This document shows positions 56,974-64,000 of a stretch of DNA of 64,000 bases, piece by piece; position 1 is the first letter of the stretch; every line of letters starts with the position of its first letter. A program made the position numbers and the translations under genes. The DNA comes from a virus, in IMG/VR virus record IMGVR_UViG_3300045988_159115; one strand, written 5' to 3'. The notes under the pieces were generated by a model. That model searched no databases, was not told the DNA's origin, and saw only the letters and a program-made list of their open reading frames with translations.

Positions 56974-57885
56974 ATGAAATCCGCAATTCAGTTCAAGCTG
57001 GAAACTGCTGGATTAGATGAGCGTGAAGCAAAAGTTCTCGATTTCATTCATGCCAAGAATAAAGCAAAGGATCGTATGGATCAAATGAGTGCATTTGAAA
57101 ACGATCCCGAGCATATGCGTCGCATGACACTGAAAGCTGCAGAAGACGGCAAGTCCGTTTGCATTGATACAGTCCTTGGTCAAATCTATAAGAACGCACT
57201 TCCTTACAACGATCCCGACAAGAACCTTTCTCCGTCGGACGCTGGTGCAGAAGTTCGCGATTTTATTGCCAAGCGCTGTGATAATAAGCCTACAGAATAC
57301 TACGTCCGTGAAGCTCTGAAGAAGAATAATTCTTCTGTGCTTCGTACGATCGTAACTGAGGCTGAAAACGCTGCTAAGCATGCAGTCACCATCAAGAAGA
57401 ATAACATTGGTCGTATTGATCCTGAGTCGATTCATTACGATCCCACAGCAAACGATACTGCTATCAAGAACATCAATGCAAAGATGAGCCTTGATGAAAT
57501 CAGTGATATCATCAAGAATAACGTCCAGACTACCATTGATGCAGAGAAGCAGAAGGTTGCTGACGAGGATCAGTATCGTCATGATATTGAAGATACTCTC
57601 GCTCAGGATAATAAGATCATGGACAATCAGACCATGCAGGATGCCGTGAACGAAGCTACAAACTACCGTTTCTCAGGTCGTCCGAAGGTATACCAGCCCT
57701 CTCTCTTCGAGGCTATTATGATGAATAAGGCCAATAAGATGCAGGGCTCCGATCCTCAGGATATCTTTACAGAGGCCGTTCATGAGTATACAAAGCTCGC
57801 AATGCTGAAGGCTCTGAAGCTGGAGAATTTCGATCTTCGCAACACTCGTGATATGACCTATAAGTATATCACTAACAAGGCTTAA
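56974..57885 (+). CDS. hypothetical protein
   Basis: 303 aa, SD GAAAGGTGG. Helical and charged. Confidence 0.8.
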   Translation: MKSAIQFKLETAGLDEREAKVLDFIHAKNKAKDRMDQMSAFENDPEHMRRMTLKAAEDGKSVCIDTVLGQIYKNALPYNDPDKNLSPSDAGAEVRDFIAKRCDNKPTEYYVREALKKNNSSVLRTIVTEAENAAKHAVTIKKNNIGRIDPESIHYDPTANDTAIKNINAKMSLDEISDIIKNNVQTTIDAEKQKVADEDQYRHDIEDTLAQDNKIMDNQTMQDAVNEATNYRFSGRPKVYQPSLFEAIMMNKANKMQGSDPQDIFTEAVHEYTKLAMLKALKLENFDLRNTRDMTYKYITNKA

Positions 57886-57886
57886 A

Positions 57887-57932
57887 TGATAGGCTAGAAG
57901 GAATATGAAAACCTTCTAGCCTATCATTTTTT
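57887..57932. terminator. bidirectional terminator between convergent genes
   Basis: 15-bp stem tgataggctagaagg / ccttctagcctatca, followed by TTTTTT. Confidence 0.85.
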
Positions 57933-58209
57933 ATTTCAGTTGCTGTCTCACATATACCTTGTTATTGACATCCACCATATCAATCAAAGTATCAAAAGCG
58001 AGAATGGAACAACCTGCGGCTTCTGTAGCTAAAGCCCGAATTTCATCAGAGCTAATTGAATGCTCATCCGATTTATTTACAACGAGGTTCATGGAATCAA
58101 CCTCTGAGTACGAAATATCATTTTTGTTAAGAATCTCTTTAATGGTGCTTAGCATATTACCAGATATCTTCTTTACCTCAGATAATACGCTACTTGAATT
58201 ATTTGCCAT
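57931..58209 (-). CDS. small hypothetical protein
   Basis: 92 aa, SD GAAAGGGG. Confidence 0.65.
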   Translation of the reverse strand: MANNSSSVLSEVKKISGNMLSTIKEILNKNDISYSEVDSMNLVVNKSDEHSISSDEIRALATEAAGCSILAFDTLIDMVDVNNKVYVRQQLK

Positions 58210-58250
58210 ATAATTGCGAAACCCCTTTCTACTCTAGAGTATCCAGCCTT

Positions 58251-58313
58251 AAATTTATGGTGATGTTTGAATATGCATTAAAACTCAATGCAATCCAAGC
58301 ATCACCATAAATT
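58251..58313 (-). terminator. stem-loop/terminator after 58316..59536
   Basis: 14-bp stem aatttatggtgatg / catcaccataaatt with a large structured loop. Confidence 0.5.
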
Positions 58314-58315
58314 AT

Positions 58316-59536
58316 TTAGCCATTATCTTCAGAAGTATCTGTACTTCCTTCAGTGTTTTGATCCTTGTTGTCGCCAGGATTTTCAGTAGTACCCTGATCA
58401 CCATTCTGATCAGTATCAGTGGGAGGAGCTACAGGATCTTTCTTGTCCTCAGTAGGAGGAGTCTCCGGCTCTTTCTTATCGTCAGTGGGAGGAGTTACTG
58501 TGGAATCATCCTTCTTGGAACAACAGCCACAATTACCACCACAAGTACAATGATTACCGTTATTACCGGTATCAGTATCACCTGTGGAGTCATCCTTATC
58601 AGTGCCTGTCCCGTTCACGGTATCAAGCAGAGCCTTGATATCTGCAATATCGTAAACCGTATTGAAGTTATCCACGATTGCTTCCACATTCAGAACGATC
58701 TGATCAGCCTTACCATCAATCTTGACAGTATAGCTGTTGTCCTGTGTAGCACACGGAATATCCGCAACTACAACTTCAGTGTAATCTGCAGGTGCTTCCA
58801 GCACAGCAGGACCAACCATAGAATCAATGATGGATGTACCAATTTTTGCATTGGTAAGGAACTTGGACGCATAGTTATTATGAGTGATCTCATTCGGGCA
58901 ATCACACATATGATGATAGAGAGTATACTTTGCACTGTGATACTTTCCATCAACGTCCTTACCGCGAACAACCTGCTCATCCTTACCGATCATGTAAGTG
59001 TCATTGCCATATGTGGTAGTAACCTTAATCGAATTGATACGAATCGTATACGGATGCTGATTGTACTGGCACTTGATGCCATACCGAGAAATATTCGGTA
59101 CAGGGATCTCAATTCGACCATCAAAGACATACAGCTTACGGTACATCATATGATTGAACTGATCCACAGGAGCGAGAATAACACCATTGCAACTTTCAGC
59201 AAGAGTGGAAAGAACGCCATTAGACAGACACTTCCCGTCTTTATTAAAGAGCTCATAATCTGCAGAGATCAGGAACTCATTATTCACGTGAATAATCTGA
59301 GGCACCTTCTCATTGACAATGAACTCCTTCATGAAGGCAACACGCTCGCCATTCTCTTCTGTTGTCAGATCGGAATGATAGAGGTACATGTCGACATCAT
59401 ATACGTTATTGAGATTCTTAGATACCTGAATGCCACACTTCTTATAGTTTGCATCTTCAGGCACCACGATATTGGCTGATTCATCGACCATGTAATACTG
59501 ACCGTTGAAATAGCCGAACATCTGACTTGTAGCCAT
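58316..59536 (-). CDS. hypothetical structural protein with a Cys cluster and Pro/Thr/Asp/Lys repeats at the C-terminus
   Basis: The ATG at 59536 (MATSQMF) sits 7 nt after GAAGGG. C-terminus HCTCGGNCGCCSKK, then PPTDDKKEPETPPTEDKKDPVAPPTD. Confidence 0.8.
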   Translation of the reverse strand: MATSQMFGYFNGQYYMVDESANIVVPEDANYKKCGIQVSKNLNNVYDVDMYLYHSDLTTEENGERVAFMKEFIVNEKVPQIIHVNNEFLISADYELFNKDGKCLSNGVLSTLAESCNGVILAPVDQFNHMMYRKLYVFDGRIEIPVPNISRYGIKCQYNQHPYTIRINSIKVTTTYGNDTYMIGKDEQVVRGKDVDGKYHSAKYTLYHHMCDCPNEITHNNYASKFLTNAKIGTSIIDSMVGPAVLEAPADYTEVVVADIPCATQDNSYTVKIDGKADQIVLNVEAIVDNFNTVYDIADIKALLDTVNGTGTDKDDSTGDTDTGNNGNHCTCGGNCGCCSKKDDSTVTPPTDDKKEPETPPTEDKKDPVAPPTDTDQNGDQGTTENPGDNKDQNTEGSTDTSEDNG

Positions 59537-59538
59537 AG

Positions 59539-60201
59539 TCAACCCTTCTTTCCAAATTTATTATAATTATAGAGGCAATCTGGTTCATCCATCCATTCAA
59601 TATGAATTTCAATCCTAGGTTTTAGTGAATAATACTTCTTAGAGACTCCCTCTACGATAAGAGAGTCATCTGCTAAAATTTTAGATTGAATCATATCAGA
59701 GTATGCTTTTCCCAGATTATCCCAATCAGGTTTACTTATAGGTCTAACTAATCCAAGTTCTGCCAAAATAGTATCTGCTTTTGACATAGACTTTGGGATT
59801 GGTAAGTAAGACACGCATGTAAATTTGCAAGGAGTATTGATCATTGGAAGATCTCTCCCTTTTGCAAATTTATCAAAAAGATCTTTGTTGTCTTTTGCTC
59901 CACGTACATAAAAGCTATTCGTCATAGAAGAATACCGTGGACGCGGAGTTGCTTTTGGAATCATATAAATCGTAAAATCCATATGACTCCAATGAATATT
60001 AAGAATATGATGGATTTTATCAGAAATTAACTCCTTTTGCCTGCCAAGCTTAAGCTGATCAAGGAGATAAACAAAGCGTTGCTGTGGATCTCTAGGAATT
60101 TCTCCATAGAGTTTACGATACTCACGCTCAATCTTCTTCAATGCTTTTTTACACTCCCGTGATACTAGCAATAAGATTCTCAAGACCACCAAAAATTGCA
60201 T
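59539..60201 (-). CDS. rusA: RusA-family Holliday-junction resolvase with an N-terminal extension
   Basis: KATPRPRY ... KPDWDNLGKAYSDMIQSKILADDSLIVEGVSKKYYSLKPRIEIHIEW matches RusA (..RPR.., D.DNL.K...D.L....DD..V......K). Start uncertain: the ATG at 60201 overlaps the upstream gene by 53 nt, and an in-frame TTG at about 60140 is possible. Confidence 0.75.
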   Translation of the reverse strand: MQFLVVLRILLLVSRECKKALKKIEREYRKLYGEIPRDPQQRFVYLLDQLKLGRQKELISDKIHHILNIHWSHMDFTIYMIPKATPRPRYSSMTNSFYVRGAKDNKDLFDKFAKGRDLPMINTPCKFTCVSYLPIPKSMSKADTILAELGLVRPISKPDWDNLGKAYSDMIQSKILADDSLIVEGVSKKYYSLKPRIEIHIEWMDEPDCLYNYNKFGKKG

Positions 60202-61987
60202 TGCTCACATTATCACCAGCGCCAACAACAGCGGATTTCACAATAGTGGTAGCAAGAGCGATACGGTTTGAAAGCTGAGGAGTCACAAGACTAATACCAC
60301 ACTGAGATGCAATAAAGTCGATCAGACTAGAATTTGCAAGGAAAAGGGTAATATCACCAGACGGTGTGATACTCATATCGGAATAAAGATCGTCGATTGT
60401 AAAATCAACTCGGATATGAGTCGGATATCCATCAACAGACCACTCTCCGCCATCTGGGCACTTACTAATCGTCATATTAGAAATGATACCCAGATTACAA
60501 GAAAACACACCAGGATAGTATGCTTTCACAAGGAACGGAGAGCCATATGTATTCGCTGTTGTTTGCTTAGGAACAGCAAGCGCTACAAGATGCCAGAGTG
60601 GTACAAGGATATCCAAATAGAAGCCAAGCTTGTTACCATACGGTGTACGTAAGTCAACTGTCAAGTTATAGCTCTTTCCGTAGCTAGACTTCTTGTAAAT
60701 TTCAGGGAAGACCATCGTCTCACCACTGATGACATTAGAAGTCGTACTAAGAAGTCGGCTCATAACACCGGCGATACCAAACTTACTCTGAGACAGAACC
60801 GATGACATAGCATCAGCTGCACCTGTTGTAAGCTGCTTCAACTGAGTATCATCAACGCCGCCAGATTGGACAAGGAATGCAATTTCTTTGCCGAAATCAT
60901 CTGCTGAATCGTAGATACTTGAAAGTTTTGATGCCTCATGCTGGTTTGAGAATCCGTCAGACCCAGAAGTACTTGCATCGACATAAAATTCGACAAAGTT
61001 CATCTGAGTCAGAATATCAGAGATCGAACCAATTGCATCTTTCTCTTCACTCTTTCCAATTGCAGGAATCGACGATTCATTATTAAGTGCGATACCCATC
61101 ATTGATGCAAGACCTTTGATGGTTGAGCCAACCTTATTCTTCAAAGCATCTGCGATATTTTTCGATGCAGTAGAGTAAGCACCTTTCGTCCATCTGTAAT
61201 CTTTCCAATCGAACTTATCAAGCGTAGTTGATCCATCAATTGAAATCCCATTAAGATCAAGGAAAGCTGCAGACACCTGACAAAGAATATTGACATAGTT
61301 CATGTACTGCACGTATGTCTGCTGGAAGTCATAATAACGAAGTGCATTCTTTCTCTTCGCCTCATCCAGATTTGTCAGAAGAGCTGCCACATTACCGTTA
61401 GCAGCTTGCACCATCATATATGCAGTCTGTTTCTTTTTATCGCCTTCAACGGCCGGAAGATAAATAGGCTGTCCAGGAACGATTGTTACAACAGGTGCTT
61501 CCAGCATGATATTCTCGATAAAGGTTCGACCGATAAGCTGACTTTTCGGTTTATTGGCAATTGAATATGTCCGATAATCACAGTATTGAGTAAACTGGTG
61601 AGGAAGGCCAAATAATTTCATTGTATACTTGGTAATATCCTCACCATAATTATCAATCATATTCGTGAGAGTCTTATCAATGCCACTACTCAAAGAAGTT
61701 AGAAATCCGCCAACTCCACCACCGTTAGATGCCTTATCGGATGCTGTATTATCCGGGATAGGAACGTTTGGAGTATCTGCTTTCGTCTGCACAGATGGTG
61801 CACCAATTTGTGTCAACGTATTTGCATTGACAGCTGCTGTCACCTTTCCGTTTTGACCGATAACAACTCGATCACCATGGACTTCCAAAATATCATATGT
61901 ATTCTTACGAACGAACGGAGCAAGATGCGTTCCGTTCATGTCAGTCATTGCTGATGTGGTGACTTGCATACCTTCTGTAAAAGCCAT
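60149..61987 (-). CDS. tail/baseplate-associated protein with an N-terminal SH3-like domain (paralogous domain to 51719..53500)
   Basis: The ATG at 61987 (MAFTEGMQV) follows AGAGGTG. N-terminus EGMQVTTSAMTDMNGTHLAPFVRKNTYDILEVHGDRVVIGQNGKVTAAVNANTL. Confidence 0.8.
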   Translation of the reverse strand: MAFTEGMQVTTSAMTDMNGTHLAPFVRKNTYDILEVHGDRVVIGQNGKVTAAVNANTLTQIGAPSVQTKADTPNVPIPDNTASDKASNGGGVGGFLTSLSSGIDKTLTNMIDNYGEDITKYTMKLFGLPHQFTQYCDYRTYSIANKPKSQLIGRTFIENIMLEAPVVTIVPGQPIYLPAVEGDKKKQTAYMMVQAANGNVAALLTNLDEAKRKNALRYYDFQQTYVQYMNYVNILCQVSAAFLDLNGISIDGSTTLDKFDWKDYRWTKGAYSTASKNIADALKNKVGSTIKGLASMMGIALNNESSIPAIGKSEEKDAIGSISDILTQMNFVEFYVDASTSGSDGFSNQHEASKLSSIYDSADDFGKEIAFLVQSGGVDDTQLKQLTTGAADAMSSVLSQSKFGIAGVMSRLLSTTSNVISGETMVFPEIYKKSSYGKSYNLTVDLRTPYGNKLGFYLDILVPLWHLVALAVPKQTTANTYGSPFLVKAYYPGVFSCNLGIISNMTISKCPDGGEWSVDGYPTHIRVDFTIDDLYSDMSITPSGDITLFLANSSLIDFIASQCGISLVTPQLSNRIALATTIVKSAVVGAGDNVSNAIFGGLENLIASITGV

Positions 61988-62016
61988 GAAATAAATCACC
62001 TCTTTCTAACACAAAA

Positions 62017-62064
62017 TAAATGGTAAGGAAAACCCCAGTTAATTTAGGAGTTTTCCTTACCATT
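62017..62064 (-). terminator. intrinsic terminator after the tail hydrolase gene
   Basis: 16-bp stem aaatggtaaggaaaac / gttttccttaccattt. Minus strand continues ATTTTGTG. Confidence 0.75.
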
Positions 62065-62079
62065 TTGTTTCACTGAGGT

Positions 62080-64000
62080 TTAGACCCCAAATGCAATGCG
62101 ACGAGCAACCAACTCGGCATTTGTCATGGAAGAATCAGAGACACTTCCATTATTATATGACTTCTTGAATGCTCCGCGAGGAGTTGTTACGCTGGATTTG
62201 CTATCACCTTTTCCACCAGTCATCGGAGTATAATTCGAAGCTTTGATCTTCGAAATACCTTCTTTGATGTCGGACAGCTCATCCAGATTTTCAGTATTAC
62301 CAGAGATCGTACTAAGAAGAGCAACCATCTTATCCATAAGAATAAGAACCTGAGTGTTGTCAACACCACGGCCGCCATTCTTTTCCTTAGAAGTATAGCT
62401 AGAAGAATGAGGAGCTTGATAATAGCTACGGGTCTGATAAGAATCCACAGTAGAATTATGCTCATTCGTCCGATCAATGGATTTTGCCACAGGAGCAAAC
62501 CGCATATCCTTGACAGTAGCGCCTCTTCCACCCTTTCTATCAGCTCCGCTAATAGCATCAACGCCAGAATTCTGCTTAGCCTCATTGAACTTGTCATTGA
62601 TATAATCTTTGCCAGCTTTCAGTGCAACCGGCAGGACTACATCCTCCAAGACCACCTGACCAAGCGGACGCTTAGCAAGCTCTTCCTTGCGTTTCTTCTC
62701 TTCCTCAGCTTTCTTCTTAGCTTCAGCCTGTCTCTTACGCTCAGCACGAGAAACTTTCGGCTTTTGTCCAGTAAGTTTCTCAAACCATTCGTCAGAATGC
62801 TGATCAACCTCATACTCGAGATAAGCTCCAAGAAGTTGTCCACTAAGCGAGCCGATTCCGTCAGCGACCTTCTCAGCACCGCTCTGTTTCTTCTTCTTAG
62901 AATTCGTCTTCTTAGGACCATTGCCACCCTCTTCGCTCATGACATCTTTCCCATGGAAAGCCTGATAGTATTTCTCTGCCCACTGAGCACGAGGTGCAAA
63001 CTGACTAGACGTTCTAGCACGATTGTCGCCCCAACCAGGCATCTCATATCCGCCGAGAACAGCAGTAGCGGCATCAACAGGAGATGTGATGGTCTTAAGA
63101 CGATTAAATGTCTTGCGATATGCCGAACTACCGTTCTTAAACTCATCAAGCGCAAATGCGATCTGAGTATAAAGATTACCGATAGACGTCTTCTTCTGCT
63201 TCGCAAAATTAAGAAGTCTCTCTTTACGAGAAGTTTTATTAGGCTGATTTGCATAAGTCCATTGAGCAAGGCCATAGCCAGCAACGTCACTAGACTTATC
63301 AGGGAATCTACCATGCTGATCAGCATACGCAGTATATTGATCATCAGACATTCCGTACCGCTTATTGTACGAATCCTCCAGATTCTTAGGCTGTAATCTA
63401 GATTCGTTGTGCCAGCATCCAAGAACACCAGCAGCACCAGCATCAGACATACCAGCTTCACGAAGTTTACGGAAGATATTACGAGCGTTACCTTCAATCG
63501 TGCCAGTATCAGCATCAGCTCCACTAATACCGTCCACGTCTTCATCAGACGAACTAGACGAAGTATCTGTGTCGCCATTGATCTCATTCACCACTGCGTC
63601 CCAATCAACATCCATATTACCAGTAACAGCAGCTTCGAACATCTTGCTACCAATTGTGGACATTGCATTCGACATCAGTGAGAAGAACGACGCACTCTTA
63701 GATTCAGTATCACTATCGTAATAGCTATCACTTGCATCAGCACCATCAGCAGATGCTGCGGCAGAGTTATTGAACTGAATCGTACCCTTAGGAGCCTGAG
63801 TGTAATTAGCACCTGGCTTACCAGGAGTCCAAACGCAAGAATACGTTTTATAAGCACGACCTGTTGCAGATGCAGAGTTTGCAGAATTCGGAGATCCGAC
63901 GTTATAGACGAAAATGTTACCATTCAGTCTACCAGCGTAAATCTCAGTATGGCCAGACTTTGCAACGATATCACCAGGCTGGAGATTCCAGTTGGAGAAT
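62080..64000 (-). CDS. tail-associated peptidoglycan hydrolase: NlpC/P60-like endopeptidase plus phage tail lysozyme-like domain (5' end outside the window)
   Basis: My translation of 63676-63999 in the same frame has no stop (..FSNWNLQPGDIVAKSGHTEIYAGRLNGNIFVYNVGS..), so the listed ATG at 63675 is internal. GDIV..SGHTEIYAG is the NlpC/P60 His region. AGAAGVLGCWHNESRLQP...GYGLAQWT...RLLNFAKQK matches the phage tail-tip lysozyme domain. K/E-rich coiled segment. Confidence 0.75.
   Translation of the reverse strand, partial: FSNWNLQPGDIVAKSGHTEIYAGRLNGNIFVYNVGSPNSANSASATGRAYKTYSCVWTPGKPGANYTQAPKGTIQFNNSAAASADGADASDSYYDSDTESKSASFFSLMSNAMSTIGSKMFEAAVTGNMDVDWDAVVNEINGDTDTSSSSSDEDVDGISGADADTGTIEGNARNIFRKLREAGMSDAGAAGVLGCWHNESRLQPKNLEDSYNKRYGMSDDQYTAYADQHGRFPDKSSDVAGYGLAQWTYANQPNKTSRKERLLNFAKQKKTSIGNLYTQIAFALDEFKNGSSAYRKTFNRLKTITSPVDAATAVLGGYEMPGWGDNRARTSSQFAPRAQWAEKYYQAFHGKDVMSEEGGNGPKKTNSKKKKQSGAEKVADGIGSLSGQLLGAYLEYEVDQHSDEWFEKLTGQKPKVSRAERKRQAEAKKKAEEEKKRKEELAKRPLGQVVLEDVVLPVALKAGKDYINDKFNEAKQNSGVDAISGADRKGGRGATVKDMRFAPVAKSIDRTNEHNSTVDSYQTRSYYQAPHSSSYTSKEKNGGRGVDNTQVLILMDKMVALLSTISGNTENLDELSDIKEGISKIKASNYTPMTGGKGDSKSSVTTPRGAFKKSYNNGSVSDSSMTNAELVARRIAFGV

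Overview
This window looks like a gene-dense stretch of a large (jumbo-type) tailed dsDNA phage. It is moderately AT-rich with strong AGGAGG-type Shine-Dalgarno sites, which would fit a low-GC Gram-positive host (inference only). All calls rest on motif recognition by eye; no searches were run. I support about 62 CDS, mostly on the minus strand, 4 tRNAs, and many intrinsic terminators. Recognisable functions: (1) a stand-alone C-terminal half of a multisubunit RNA polymerase beta-prime subunit; (2) a stand-alone C-terminal part of a family-B DNA polymerase, so the polymerase appears split; (3) a zinc-finger/Toprim primase; (4) an SSB-like protein ending in DLPF; (5) dUTPase; (6) RusA resolvase; (7) a GroEL-like chaperonin; (8) a tail-associated NlpC/P60 plus lysozyme-like hydrolase that runs off the 3' edge; (9) baseplate- and fibre-like proteins. 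Observations not explained by ordinary annotation: (a) a conserved ~25-nt motif (CCTGAAAACAAT-N4-TAAG, core AACA-N6-TA) at nine sites 35-110 nt upstream of start codons, often just after a terminator, which I read as a phage-RNAP promoter; (b) at least 10 paralogs of an alpha-helical protein family in two clusters plus one isolated copy; (c) two ORF-free, visibly G+C-richer, hairpin-dense segments of about 0.9 and 0.7 kb flanking a lone beta-helix-repeat gene, which are candidate large structured RNAs; (d) four ~22-30-bp direct repeats at 69-72-bp spacing in a terminator-bounded non-coding island (iteron-like); (e) tRNAs with unusual anticodon-loop and T-loop features; (f) several smaller motif-sharing, overlap and possible frameshift cases. 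No ATPase (terminase or helicase), reverse transcriptase, transposase or CRISPR array was seen.
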